DNA from: Acidimicrobiales bacterium
GTDB lineage: Bacteria; Actinomycetota; Acidimicrobiia; Acidimicrobiales; Aldehydirespiratoraceae
Assembly (NCBI GenBank): GCA_029247365.1
Contig: JAQWLJ010000002.1
Span: 73,111 to 137,110, forward strand
DNA length: 64,000 bases
Reading direction: 5' to 3'
Both the position numbers and the translations under genes were made by a program. Shown in pieces: positions 1-9,679 of this stretch. Each line of letters opens with the position of its first letter. Within the stretch, counting starts at the first letter, position 1. The notes beneath the pieces are model-generated. The model ran no database searches. It had not been told where the DNA came from and saw only the letters and a list, made by a program, of their open reading frames with translations.

Positions 1-972
1 GTGGCGATGAATGGGCTGACCGTCAATCTCCACCTCCTCATGATCAGCTTCTACCGCCCAACGCCGGAACGCCACAAGGTTCTGATTGAGGCACATGCGT
101 TCCCGTCGGATCACTTCGCGGCCGAGTCGCAGATCCGCCAACGGGGATTCGACCCGGCCGAGTCGCTGATCACCCTGGCCCCCAGGTCGGGTGAGGAAAC
201 CCTTCGAGGCGACGACATCCTCAGCGCAATTGCGGCGCACGGCGATGAGCTTGCGCTGATCATGCTCCCGGGCGTGCAGTACTACACCGGCCAAGTCATG
301 CCAATGGCAGCCATCACCCGTGCCGGGCACGCTGCCGGCGCGGTGGTCGGCTTTGATCTTGCCCACGCAATCGGCAACATCGAGCTCGACCTGCACGAAT
401 GGAATGTCGACTTTGCTGCGTGGTGTTCCTACAAGTACCTCAACAGCGGCCCCGGGGGCGTCGCTGGCGCCTACGTCCACCGCCGCCACGTCGCCGACCC
501 GTCGCTGCCGAAACTCCTCGGCTGGTGGGGAACCAACACGTCGACCCGCTTCGAGATGACGACCGAGTTCGATGCCATCCCCACCGTCGAGTCGTGGCAG
601 CTTTCCAACGCGCCCGTGCTCGCAATGGCGGCTCTTCGCGCATCGCTCGACCTCTTCGATGAGGCCGGCGGGATCGCCGCGCTCCGGGCCAAGTCCGAGC
701 GCCAGATCGGCTTCTTCGATCGACGCCTGACCGAAGTGCTCGGCGACCGGGTGATCAACATCACACCCACTGCGCTCGAGGAGCGCGGTTGCCAGTTCGC
801 GCTGCGCGTTGCGGCTGGCGACGGCAAGCGGGTGTACGAAGAACTTGAGGCGGCCCGTGTCCTCTGCGACTGGCGCGAGCCAGATGTCATCCGAGTGGCG
901 CCGGTGCCCCTCTACAACTCGTTCGCCGACATTGAGCGCTTCATCGAGATCCTCGACGGGATCGTGCAATGA
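1..972 (+). CDS. kynU: Kynureninase (PLP-dependent), N-terminus cut by window edge
   Basis: Frame is open from base 1. The 323-aa C-terminal part has kynureninase-like blocks (HAFPSDHFA, CSYKYLNSGPGG, LLGWWG). Its stop overlaps the next start (ATGA at 969-972). Confidence 0.85.
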   Translation: MAMNGLTVNLHLLMISFYRPTPERHKVLIEAHAFPSDHFAAESQIRQRGFDPAESLITLAPRSGEETLRGDDILSAIAAHGDELALIMLPGVQYYTGQVMPMAAITRAGHAAGAVVGFDLAHAIGNIELDLHEWNVDFAAWCSYKYLNSGPGGVAGAYVHRRHVADPSLPKLLGWWGTNTSTRFEMTTEFDAIPTVESWQLSNAPVLAMAALRASLDLFDEAGGIAALRAKSERQIGFFDRRLTEVLGDRVINITPTALEERGCQFALRVAAGDGKRVYEELEAARVLCDWREPDVIRVAPVPLYNSFADIERFIEILDGIVQ

Positions 973-2327
973 GCGCCCTCCGTCCCCCGATCGTCGTGGC
1001 CGGTGCTGGGCCGGCTGGATCACTGCTGTCGATCTATCTCGCTCGCCAGGGGCACGACGTAACCGTGTACGAGGGTCGGGCCGATCTCCGCACGACCGAC
1101 GTCGACGCGGGACGTTCGATCAACCTCGCCCTCGCGACTCGCGGCATCGTCCCTCTGGTCGACGTGGGTGCCATCGAACGGGTCGACGAGATCACGATCC
1201 CGATGCGCGGCCGGATGATCCACGCCGAGAACGATCCGACGCCCGAGTTGCAGCCCTACGGTTCCCAACCCCACGAGGTCATCCACTCCGTGTCGCGCCG
1301 CGACCTCAACGCGATTCTGCTCGACACCGCTGAAGCAACGGGGCGGGTCCGAATCGAGTTCGGACGCCGACTCGAGGCCGTCGACTTCGACACGTCGACA
1401 CTCACGTTCCAGGACGGTTCGTCCGAACCGTTCGGCGTGGTGTTCGGGTGTGATGGTGCCGGCTCGCCGGTGCGCAAGGCGATCGAAGTGGCCGGCTCGT
1501 GCACCGCCCGCACCGAATGGCTCGACCACGACTACAAGGAGCTGACCCTCCCGCCGGATGGAGACGGTTCTCACCGCCTCGATCCCCATGCGCTGCACAT
1601 CTGGCCACGGGGCGAGCTGATGTTGATCGCGCTCGCCAACCCCACAGGCGACTTCACCGTGACCCTCTTCGCACCGAAGGCTGTCTTCGCCGACCTCATC
1701 GACGCCGACGCGGTCGAGGCGTTCTTCACCGACGAGTTCCCCGACTTCGCTGCGCTCGTGCCCGACCTCACCGACCAGTTCGCACACAATCCGACCGGCC
1801 CGCTCGGCACCCTTCACGTCGACGGTTGGAGCCACCGCGACCAGGCGATCGTGCTCGGTGATGCCGCCCACGCCATCGTGCCCTTCCACGGCCAGGGCAT
1901 GAATGCTGCGATGGAGTCCGCCCGCTCACTCGCAGCACATCTCGCCGCCACGCCCGACGACCTCGCCGGGGCGTTCCAGCGTTACGAGACCAGTCGCAAA
2001 CCCGACGCCGACGCCATCGCCCGAATGGCTCTCGACAACTACATCGAGATGCGGGCCGGCGTCGTCGACCCCGACTATGTGGCCCGTCGCGCGCTGGCCC
2101 TCGAACTCGAGCGACGTCACCCGACTCACCTGAGCCCTCGCTACAACATGGTCATGTTCTCGACCATGCCGTACGCCGAGGCGCACCGTCGAGCTGCGCG
2201 GCAAAGCGAGATCATTGGCGACGCTCTCGCCGACCCCGGCGTCGACATCGACTCACTCGTGCGTGGTCTCCCGCCGCTCCCACCCCTTGATGCACTCGCC
2301 GACCCGGAGGCGTTGTCCGTCTCATGA
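969..2327 (+). CDS. kmo: Kynurenine 3-monooxygenase (FAD-dependent)
   Basis: 452 aa with an N-terminal GAGPAGS dinucleotide fold. GRSINLALATRG and IPMRGRMIH blocks match bacterial KMO as I remember it. ATGA coupling at both ends. Confidence 0.85.
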   Translation: MSALRPPIVVAGAGPAGSLLSIYLARQGHDVTVYEGRADLRTTDVDAGRSINLALATRGIVPLVDVGAIERVDEITIPMRGRMIHAENDPTPELQPYGSQPHEVIHSVSRRDLNAILLDTAEATGRVRIEFGRRLEAVDFDTSTLTFQDGSSEPFGVVFGCDGAGSPVRKAIEVAGSCTARTEWLDHDYKELTLPPDGDGSHRLDPHALHIWPRGELMLIALANPTGDFTVTLFAPKAVFADLIDADAVEAFFTDEFPDFAALVPDLTDQFAHNPTGPLGTLHVDGWSHRDQAIVLGDAAHAIVPFHGQGMNAAMESARSLAAHLAATPDDLAGAFQRYETSRKPDADAIARMALDNYIEMRAGVVDPDYVARRALALELERRHPTHLSPRYNMVMFSTMPYAEAHRRAARQSEIIGDALADPGVDIDSLVRGLPPLPPLDALADPEALSVS

Positions 2328-3121
2328 GCTCCGAACCACTCACCTACGCGAACTACCTGCGAGTCAACGACCTGCTCAGTCTCCAGGACTGCCGGTCGAT
2401 CGATCCAGATACGGGCGAGGCCGAACACGATGAGCTGCTGTTCATCGTGATCCACCAGGTGTACGAGCTTTGGTTCAAGCAACTCTTGCACGAACTCGAA
2501 TACGTGGTGGCAGCGATGTTCGCGAACAACCTGGCGACGGCGCGGCTCCATATGAAGCGCGTGCTCAAGATTTTGAAGACGCTCGTCGGCCAAGTCGACA
2601 TCCTCGAGACGATGACACCGGCAGAGTTCGCGAGCTTCCGCGAGTTCCTCGACACGGCGAGTGGGTTCCAGTCCGCCCAGTTCCGCGAACTCGAGTTCAT
2701 GCTCGGCATCAAGGACCGCGTCCAGCTCGATTGGTTCTCGGGCCCAGAACGCGACTGCCTCGAGCGGCGCTTTGCCGAGCCGACGCTCTGGGACGCCTTC
2801 ATTGCCGCAATGGTCCGCCACGGCATGGACGTCCCGGCGAGCGCGACTGGACGCAACGTCACCGAGACCGTGGTCGAAGACCCGGCGCTACAGGCCCTCA
2901 TCGTGCGCGAATACCACGACGAGGCCTTCGCCGCCGTGTGCGAGACGCTGACCGATCTTGACGAAGGCCTTCAGGAGTGGCGTTATCGCCACGTGATGAT
3001 GGTGCGCCGCACCATCGGCACCAAGCACGGCACCGGTGGATCCGACGGCGCCGCCTACCTCCAAACCACCCTCTTTCGCCCTGCGTTCCCGGACCTGTGG
3101 GCGATCCGCACCGAGTTCTGA
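2324..3121 (+). CDS. kynA: Tryptophan 2,3-dioxygenase
   Basis: 265 aa. YANYLRVNDLLSLQ and HDELLFIVIHQVYELWFKQ blocks are typical of bacterial TDO. The start overlaps the kmo stop. Confidence 0.85.
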   Translation: MSSEPLTYANYLRVNDLLSLQDCRSIDPDTGEAEHDELLFIVIHQVYELWFKQLLHELEYVVAAMFANNLATARLHMKRVLKILKTLVGQVDILETMTPAEFASFREFLDTASGFQSAQFRELEFMLGIKDRVQLDWFSGPERDCLERRFAEPTLWDAFIAAMVRHGMDVPASATGRNVTETVVEDPALQALIVREYHDEAFAAVCETLTDLDEGLQEWRYRHVMMVRRTIGTKHGTGGSDGAAYLQTTLFRPAFPDLWAIRTEF

Positions 3122-3135
3122 GCGAAAGCGCACCG

Positions 3136-4572
3136 ATGCCTACCTACCCCGAGCTTCGACTCTTCATCGGCGGCGAGTGGCGGACCAGTACCAACACGCT
3201 GCCCGTCATCAATCCGTCCACAGGAAACGCGATTGGCCACCTTCCCATCGCATCACCAGCTGACCTCGACGACGCCCTTGAGGCCGCCCAACGCGGCTTC
3301 AAAATCTGGCGGGCCACCGCACCGCGGGCACGGGCCGACCTTATTCGCGACGCGGCGCGCCTGATGCGCGAGCGGCAGGACGAGATCGCCCACTCGATCA
3401 CCCTTGAGCATGGCAAGCCGTACCCTCAGGCTCGCCTCGAGGTCATCCGGGGCGCCGAGTTCTTCGAGTGGGATGCCGGCGAAGCAGTCCGCACATACGG
3501 CCGGGTGATCCCGAGCGCACCAGGCGTCCGCTACATCGTCCATCATCAACCGATCGGGCCCGTCGCCGCGTTCTCGCCATGGAACTTCCCGATGAGCCAG
3601 CCGGCCCGCAAGGTCGCCAGCGCGCTCGCAAGCGGTTGCTCGATCATCCTCAAGGCCGCCGAGGAGACACCCGCTGGCGCGATGCACATCGCGAAGGCCT
3701 TCGAGGATGCCGGCCTGCCCGCAGGGGTACTCAACCTCGTCTTCGGCGTCCCCGCCGAGATCTCCCAACACCTCATTCCCAGCCCGGTCACCAGGCTCGT
3801 GGCCTTCACCGGCTCGACCGTGATCGGTCGACATCTGACCGGGATTGCATCAGACCACATGACCCCGGTGCTGATGGAACTCGGCGGCCACGCCCCCGTG
3901 ATCGTGTGTGAGGACACCGACGTCGACGCCGCTGCAGCCACATCCGCTGTCCGCAAGATGCGCAACGCCGGGCAGGTGTGCACCTCCCCCACCCGGTTCT
4001 TCATTCACGAGCAGATCTACGACCAATTCCTCGACCGTTTCGCCGATCGGTGTGCAGCCACGGTCGTCGGTGACGGCTTTGCCGATTCCGTCGAGATGGG
4101 CCCCCTCGCCAACGACCGCCGGATCACGGCGCTCACCGACTTTGTGACCGATGCCGTCGACACCGGAGCCACCCTCGTCACCGGAGGCAGCCGAATCGAT
4201 CGCCCCGGCTACTTCTTCGAGCCGACCGTGCTCGCCGGCGTGCCCGACGACGCCCGCGTGATGCAGGAGGAACCGTTCGGACCGCTCGCCATCGTCAATT
4301 CGTTTGCGTCGCTCGACGAAGCGATCGCGAAGGCCAACAGCGTGCCGTACGGACTCGCGGCCTACGGCTTCACCGACCGGGCCGACTACGCCGACCGCAT
4401 GGTCGACCACGTCGAGGCCGGCAACCTGTCGATCAACACGCTCGAAGCGTCACTCCCCGAGACCCCGTTCGGCGGCGTGAAGTCGAGTGGTTACGGCCGC
4501 GAGGGCGGGGCCGAAGGCCTCCACCACTACACGGTCGTGAAGAACGTGTCCCACAGCATGACGATCGTCTGA
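3136..4572 (+). CDS. NAD(P)-dependent aldehyde dehydrogenase (substrate unknown; succinate-/2-oxoglutarate-semialdehyde DH-like)
   Basis: Start moved to ATG 3136 (MPTYPELRLFIGGEW) because the tracked 2977 start overlaps kynA. Has the catalytic Glu block LMELGGHAP and the Cys block GQVCTSPTR. Confidence 0.85.
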   Translation: MPTYPELRLFIGGEWRTSTNTLPVINPSTGNAIGHLPIASPADLDDALEAAQRGFKIWRATAPRARADLIRDAARLMRERQDEIAHSITLEHGKPYPQARLEVIRGAEFFEWDAGEAVRTYGRVIPSAPGVRYIVHHQPIGPVAAFSPWNFPMSQPARKVASALASGCSIILKAAEETPAGAMHIAKAFEDAGLPAGVLNLVFGVPAEISQHLIPSPVTRLVAFTGSTVIGRHLTGIASDHMTPVLMELGGHAPVIVCEDTDVDAAAATSAVRKMRNAGQVCTSPTRFFIHEQIYDQFLDRFADRCAATVVGDGFADSVEMGPLANDRRITALTDFVTDAVDTGATLVTGGSRIDRPGYFFEPTVLAGVPDDARVMQEEPFGPLAIVNSFASLDEAIAKANSVPYGLAAYGFTDRADYADRMVDHVEAGNLSINTLEASLPETPFGGVKSSGYGREGGAEGLHHYTVVKNVSHSMTIV

Positions 4573-4588
4573 GGAGAACGGACCACCG

Positions 4589-5542
4589 ATGCAGTACACC
4601 AAAGCCGGAGCGAAGGATCACGCCCTCGCGACCATGACCGGTATCTGGGCCGCCGCCCTCATGCCGTTCGACGATCAGCTTCGGATCGATGAGGACGGTT
4701 TTCGAGCGAACGTTCACCACTGGACGCAGGACCTCGGCATCGAGGGCCTCTTCATCTCGGGGAAGCAGGGCGAGTTCTATGCCATGACCCTCGAGGAACG
4801 AAAACGAAGCTTTGAACTCGCCGTTGAAACCACCGGCGACCACGCCCAGACGATCATGTCGTGCAGCGACCAGAACATGGACGTGGCCATTGAGCTCGCC
4901 TGCCACGCCGAGGACTGCGGCGCCGACTACATCGTTGTGCACGCGCCGCTGCTTCACTTCACCAAGGCGCAGGACGAAACGCTGCTGCGCTACTACCAAA
5001 CGATCGCTGATTCGGTCGATATTGGCATTGCTCTGTGGAGCCACCCCGACAGCGGGTACCTGATGTCTCCTGACCTCTGCAACCGCCTCGCCGACATCGA
5101 CAACGTGATCGCCATTAAGTACTCGGTGCCACGCAAGATGTACGCCGAACTCAGCGAACTCGCGTCCGATCGCATCCATGTCAGCACATCGGCTGAAAAC
5201 GAGTGGCTCGACAACATCATCGAGCTCGACTGGAAGCTCTACCTCTGCTCCTCACCCCCGTTCCTCATCCAGACTGCGACCGACCGACGGATGCACGACT
5301 ACACCGAGGCAGCGTTCGCCGGCCGCGTCGACGAGGCCCGGGCCATCAGCGCGACGCTGCAGCCGCTACGCGATGCCCTGATGGGCACCCGACCGGTTGA
5401 GAAGCCACATGCGCACCAGAAGTACTGGCAAGAACTCCTCGGGCAGGTCGGCGGCCGGGTCCGAGCCCCCATGCTCGAACTGACCGATGACGAGAAGGCT
5501 GTCACACGCGCGGCCTTCGAACAGTGCGGGCTGCGGGTGTGA
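4589..5542 (+). CDS. DHDPS/N-acetylneuraminate-lyase superfamily protein, atypical active-site blocks
   Basis: 317 aa with the Schiff-base Lys block VIAIKYS. The usual GTTGE block reads GKQGEF and the LYNxP block reads LWSHP. A GAGGAG-type RBS lies upstream. Confidence 0.7.
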   Translation: MQYTKAGAKDHALATMTGIWAAALMPFDDQLRIDEDGFRANVHHWTQDLGIEGLFISGKQGEFYAMTLEERKRSFELAVETTGDHAQTIMSCSDQNMDVAIELACHAEDCGADYIVVHAPLLHFTKAQDETLLRYYQTIADSVDIGIALWSHPDSGYLMSPDLCNRLADIDNVIAIKYSVPRKMYAELSELASDRIHVSTSAENEWLDNIIELDWKLYLCSSPPFLIQTATDRRMHDYTEAAFAGRVDEARAISATLQPLRDALMGTRPVEKPHAHQKYWQELLGQVGGRVRAPMLELTDDEKAVTRAAFEQCGLRV

Positions 5543-6330
5543 GCCTACGGGTCGTCCTTGTCGGCTGGGGTGCGATCGGCCGTACCGTTGCCACGTTGCT
5601 CCCTATCGACGGCATTGAGATCGTGGGCGTTGGCGTTCGGTCCGACCGCAGGCTCCCCGGCCTCCCCACCACGGCAACCGTCATTACCGATCCGGCCGAG
5701 CTCGCTGCGCTCGCACCTGACGTCGTTGCCGAAGCAGCTGGCCGCGAGACGGTGGTCCCCTGGGGTCGGGCTGCGCTGACCGTCGGTGCCGACATTGTGG
5801 TGTCGTCGGTCTCGGCTTTCGCCGATCCCGACGCGCTGGCCGACCTTCAATCCGTTGCCATCGAGTGCGGCACGCAGATCCAGATCCAAGCCGGAGCGCT
5901 TACCGGCATTGATGCGCTCGTCGCGGCCCGACCCATGGGTCTCGATGTCGTCCGCCACCGCATCGTCAAGCCACCGGCCGCATGGAAGGGAACGCCCGCC
6001 GAGGAGCTGTGCGCCCTCGACGGGCTCACCGCGCCAACCGTGTTCTCCCGCAGCGCTGCCGCTGAGGCGGCTCGGATGTTCCCGAAGAACGCCAACGTGG
6101 CCATGACCACCGCCCTGGCCGGTATCGGACCCGACAAAACCGAGATCGAGCTCGTCGCCGACCCCACCGCGACAACGAACCGTCATGAACTTCATGCTGA
6201 GGGCGGCTTCGGCACAATGGACGTCGTGATGGCCAACAACCCGCTCCCAGCCAACCCGAAGACGTCGGCCATGGCCGCGCTGAACCTCGCGCGGGCGATC
6301 GAGAACCGAGCGGCGCCGATCGTTATGTAG
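5539..6330 (+). CDS. nadX: L-aspartate dehydrogenase
   Basis: GTG 5539 overlaps the upstream stop (GTGA). VLVGWGAIG fold, FPKNANVA, ADP..T.N.H and NPKTSAMAA blocks match NadX as I remember it from Thermotoga. Confidence 0.8.
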   Translation: MSLRVVLVGWGAIGRTVATLLPIDGIEIVGVGVRSDRRLPGLPTTATVITDPAELAALAPDVVAEAAGRETVVPWGRAALTVGADIVVSSVSAFADPDALADLQSVAIECGTQIQIQAGALTGIDALVAARPMGLDVVRHRIVKPPAAWKGTPAEELCALDGLTAPTVFSRSAAAEAARMFPKNANVAMTTALAGIGPDKTEIELVADPTATTNRHELHAEGGFGTMDVVMANNPLPANPKTSAMAALNLARAIENRAAPIVM

Positions 6331-6339
6331 GCCCGACGA

Positions 6340-7251
6340 TCAGACGATCGTTTGCCAGTCCAGCCCGAGGTCGAGCACCCGCACCGAATGGGTGAGTTCG
6401 CCGACAGCGATGTAATCGACTCCCGTCGCTGCCACCTCAGCTGCCGTCTCAAGGGTCAGACCGCCGCTCGCTCCCAACCCAACAGCGGGACCGATCTCAT
6501 CACGTAACGCCACTGCGGCGCGCATCTGGTCGATCGTGAAGTTGTCGATCAGCACCGCTTCAGCGCCGGCCTCGATTGCGATACGGAGCCCATCGAGACT
6601 GTCGACTTCGATCTCGACTGGGATCGTCCCTTCCAGATCGCGAACCGCGGCATAGGCCTCAGCGACGCCACCGGCACTCGCCACGTGGTTGTCCTTGACC
6701 AGTGCAGCGTCGTAAAGACCCATCCGATGGTTGACCCCGCCGCCACAGCGAACCGCGTACTTCTGGAGTGCCCGCAGGCCAGGCAGCGTCTTGCGGGTGT
6801 CGCGCACCGACGCGTTGGTTCCATGAAGCGCCGCCGACCAACGCGCGGTCTGCGAAGCCACGCCCGACAGATGACAGACCAGGTTGAGAGCAGTCCGTTC
6901 CGCGGTCAGCATCAGTGCCGTCGGTGCCGTGACCCGGGCGACAACCGAACCCGGCCGAGCCGCATCGCCGTCGGAGACCAGATAGTCGAAGGCGCCCGCC
7001 GTGTCACCACACACCATTTCAACCACCGCAGCGGCCACGGGAAGGCCGGCGACGACGCCAGCGTCGCGGGCCCCGAAGGTCACGACGCACCGCTGGTCGG
7101 CAGGGATCGTGGCGGTCGACGTGACGTCGAACCCGTCAGCGAGATCCTCGACAAGGGCGACTCGGATCAGCTCCTCAACTGCCTCGGGGTCGAGGCCAGC
7201 CGCAGCAAGCCGAGCGACGGTATCGGCGGAGAGCGAATGAAGAACGACCAC
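6340..7251 (-). CDS. nadC: Nicotinate-nucleotide (quinolinate) pyrophosphorylase
   Basis: 303 aa. The RKTLPGLRALQKYAVRCGGGVNHRMGLYDAALVKDNH block is typical of QPRTase. Convergent with nadX, with 9 nt between the stops. Confidence 0.85.
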   Translation of the reverse strand: MVVLHSLSADTVARLAAAGLDPEAVEELIRVALVEDLADGFDVTSTATIPADQRCVVTFGARDAGVVAGLPVAAAVVEMVCGDTAGAFDYLVSDGDAARPGSVVARVTAPTALMLTAERTALNLVCHLSGVASQTARWSAALHGTNASVRDTRKTLPGLRALQKYAVRCGGGVNHRMGLYDAALVKDNHVASAGGVAEAYAAVRDLEGTIPVEIEVDSLDGLRIAIEAGAEAVLIDNFTIDQMRAAVALRDEIGPAVGLGASGGLTLETAAEVAATGVDYIAVGELTHSVRVLDLGLDWQTIV

Positions 7252-7383
7252 ACCGCGACGCTAGCCAGATCCCGAGGTGGCGTCGCCACGCGTGTCCTTG
7301 ACCATCTCCGCCGTGGCCCCGACCGGGTTCACGACCCTTACCCCACCTCCCCACCGGCCCAAGGGGTCGCCTACGGTTCAACA

Positions 7384-8262
7384 ATGGCAAATTCTCCGGC
7401 CGATGCCGTTTCAGAGCTGCGTGACCGGCTCGGTCGCGGCGTTCGCGCACTGTTGGCCGGTGACCCCGAACCCCGGGCGTTGCCGCCTCTCGACGACGAC
7501 CGACGCTTCCCGCCGACGTCTGCCATATGGGCGGTCCACAGCGATGCCGCCATGCTCGTTGGCGGGCTACGAGCACTATTGCTCCAGACCTTGCATCCAC
7601 CGACACTGGCAGGCGTCACCCAACACTCCACCTACCGCACTGATCCGCTCGGACGCCTCCAACGCACGGGTTCGTTCGTCGGAACCACCACATTTGGTTC
7701 CCGAGCCGAGGCCGACCAGGCGGTGGCGGTCGTACGTGCCGTCCACGAACACATCGTCGGTACGACCACCACCGGAACGCCGTACGCGGCGACCGATCCA
7801 CATCTGCTCGCCTGGGTCCACTGCACCGAAGCCGACAGCTTCCTGCGCGCCCGTATGCGCTACGGCGCCGAACCACTCGCTCCCGGCGTGGCCGATCGCT
7901 ACGTTGGCGAGATCGGCGAGATCGGCGCCGAGCTGGGCGTGATCGACCCACCGCAGAGCCGACAGGAACTCCGGGTACGTCTTCAGAGCTACCGGTTGGA
8001 GTTGGCGACGTCTGCCGACACCCACGAGACCGTGCGTTTCCTCACCTTCCCACCCCTGTCGCTGGGAGCTCGGGGTCCGTACGGCGTTGTCTTCGCTGCC
8101 GCAGCCTCGATGCTGCCTGGCTTCGCGCGGCGCCAACTGCGCCTGCCCCTCCTGCCGCTGGCAGAGCCACTCGCGATTCGGCCAGCTGCCACGTTGCTTC
8201 TTCGCACGATCGGTTGGGCGCTCGGTGAACACCCTGCCCGCGCCGCAGCCCAAGACGCCTGA
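7384..8262 (+). CDS. MpaB/DUF2236-family (haem oxygenase-like) protein
   Basis: Start set at ATG 7384 because the tracked 6685 start runs antisense through nadC. GGLRALLLQTLHP, RTGSF..TTFG and DPHLLAWVH blocks recall DUF2236. Confidence 0.6.
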   Translation: MANSPADAVSELRDRLGRGVRALLAGDPEPRALPPLDDDRRFPPTSAIWAVHSDAAMLVGGLRALLLQTLHPPTLAGVTQHSTYRTDPLGRLQRTGSFVGTTTFGSRAEADQAVAVVRAVHEHIVGTTTTGTPYAATDPHLLAWVHCTEADSFLRARMRYGAEPLAPGVADRYVGEIGEIGAELGVIDPPQSRQELRVRLQSYRLELATSADTHETVRFLTFPPLSLGARGPYGVVFAAAASMLPGFARRQLRLPLLPLAEPLAIRPAATLLLRTIGWALGEHPARAAAQDA

Positions 8263-8276
8263 CTACGATCGCCGGC

Positions 8277-8528
8277 ATGGAACTGGCCGAACTGCAGCGG
8301 TTGATGGAAGAGCTCTACGGCGAAGCCGACCGCGAACGCGGCATCCCCTCGACCGTTGCCTGGCTGGCCGAAGAACTCGGTGAACTGGCCCAAGCAGTCC
8401 GCAAGGGCACCCGCGAACAACAAGTTCACGAGTTCGGCGACGTGTTGGCTTGGCTTGCGTCGCTCGCAAACCAGATGGACATCACCCTCGACGAAGCGAT
8501 GCAGCGCTACGTCGACAACCCGCCCTAA
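8277..8528 (+). CDS. MazG-like nucleotide pyrophosphohydrolase domain protein
   Basis: 83 aa. EELGELAQAV and EFGDVLAWL helix pairs resemble the small MazG family. Confidence 0.7.
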   Translation: MELAELQRLMEELYGEADRERGIPSTVAWLAEELGELAQAVRKGTREQQVHEFGDVLAWLASLANQMDITLDEAMQRYVDNPP

Positions 8529-9679
8529 CTGGCGCCCAGCCGCTGGGCCGCCCAGCGAGCAAAGTGGTGCGACGTTGCGTCCATCACTTCAGAGAAGCGG
8601 CCACCGTCGAACGCCGGTGAATGACGGCCACGCTGCATACCTTCGACCACGGCAAGGTCCTCGGTGAAGACCTCCTTCCACGCCTCGGTGCGCTGTGCTC
8701 GAACGGTGGCCATGTCGGCCGACAGTGCCCGCTCATCGAAGTAGTAGATCTGCAGGACGTCGATGGATCGGTCAGGAGTGATGGGTTCGATCCGCCGGGT
8801 CCAGAAGTGATCGCACTGCAAGCCGAGGAACAGGTTGGGGTAGAGCGTTGGGTACTCGGCCGACAACCCCGGCCAGCCGTCGATCACCGAGAACGCGTCG
8901 CCCGTGATCGACTTGTGGTCGTAACCGCGCGTGATCTGGCCAGCGAACCCGTCGCCGAAGAACATCTCGTGCTCCTCGAGTGGCGACAGTGCTGCGAGGT
9001 TCGGATGGACCCACGGAAGGTGATAGGCCTCGAGGTTGTTCTCGACGCACAGCTTCCAGTTCCCCTGGAACGCGAAGGAAAGTGTCCCGAGTTCGGTGTC
9101 GGCGTGCATACGGTCAAACCACACGGGATCGGCCAGCGAGTCGAGGCGGGCTTGGAGTGGCGCAATGAACTCGTTGAACGGTGGAGCGTCTGCGGAGACG
9201 TTCACAAACACCTGATCGAGCCAGACGGCCGAGCGGGCCGGCACGAGGCCGCACGAAGCCGGGTCGATCGACTCGAGGTGATGCACACCCGGGCCACCGA
9301 CATGTGGGGTGGCCCGCAGGTCTCCCTCAAGCCCGTACGTCCAGGAGTGATAGGGGCAACGGATAGCGCCGCCGGCATTGCCGGCAGCGCCCACCAGTTC
9401 ACTGCCACGGTGTCGGCATACGTTATGGAACACGTTGATGCGACCGTCGGCGGAGCGCACCAACACGAGGGGCGCGCCCAGCCACGAAACCGGGCGGACG
9501 TCGCCGAGGCGAGGGATTGAAGAACCGGTGCCGACACAGACCCAGGTCGGGCCGAATACGTTCGTCCGCTCGTGTTCGAGAAACGCCGGGTCGACGTACG
9601 CCCGGTTGGGTAACGCCGCCGCAGTAGCCGTCGGTCGATCGATCGACGCAACCTCGTCGTTCGTGAGCCCGATGCTCAC
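8525..9679 (-). CDS. Rieske non-haem iron oxygenase, alpha subunit
   Basis: CRHRGSEL..CPYHSWTY Rieske motif plus a NNLEAYHLPWVHP mononuclear-iron motif. GTG 9679 overlaps the upstream stop (GTGA). Confidence 0.85.
   Translation of the reverse strand: MSIGLTNDEVASIDRPTATAAALPNRAYVDPAFLEHERTNVFGPTWVCVGTGSSIPRLGDVRPVSWLGAPLVLVRSADGRINVFHNVCRHRGSELVGAAGNAGGAIRCPYHSWTYGLEGDLRATPHVGGPGVHHLESIDPASCGLVPARSAVWLDQVFVNVSADAPPFNEFIAPLQARLDSLADPVWFDRMHADTELGTLSFAFQGNWKLCVENNLEAYHLPWVHPNLAALSPLEEHEMFFGDGFAGQITRGYDHKSITGDAFSVIDGWPGLSAEYPTLYPNLFLGLQCDHFWTRRIEPITPDRSIDVLQIYYFDERALSADMATVRAQRTEAWKEVFTEDLAVVEGMQRGRHSPAFDGGRFSEVMDATSHHFARWAAQRLGAS

Noticed and set aside
2977-3135. Upstream-extended starts in the ORF track (2977 for the ALDH, 6685 for the MpaB-like gene, 36572 for nuoJ, 58229 for pgi, 26277 for nuoD, 25000 for nuoH, 16002 for TetR, 17114 for midA).
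   Set aside because: The extensions overlap the preceding gene or run antisense through it, and they encode Arg/Pro-rich junk. Internal ATG/GTG codons that overlap the upstream stop give family-typical N-termini.
8525-8528. The convergent MazG-like and Rieske-oxygenase genes overlap at their stop codons (TAA 8526-8528, TAG 8525-8527 on the complement).
   Set aside because: The overlap is real in the sequence but is common in compact GC-rich genomes. There is no evidence that it has regulatory meaning.
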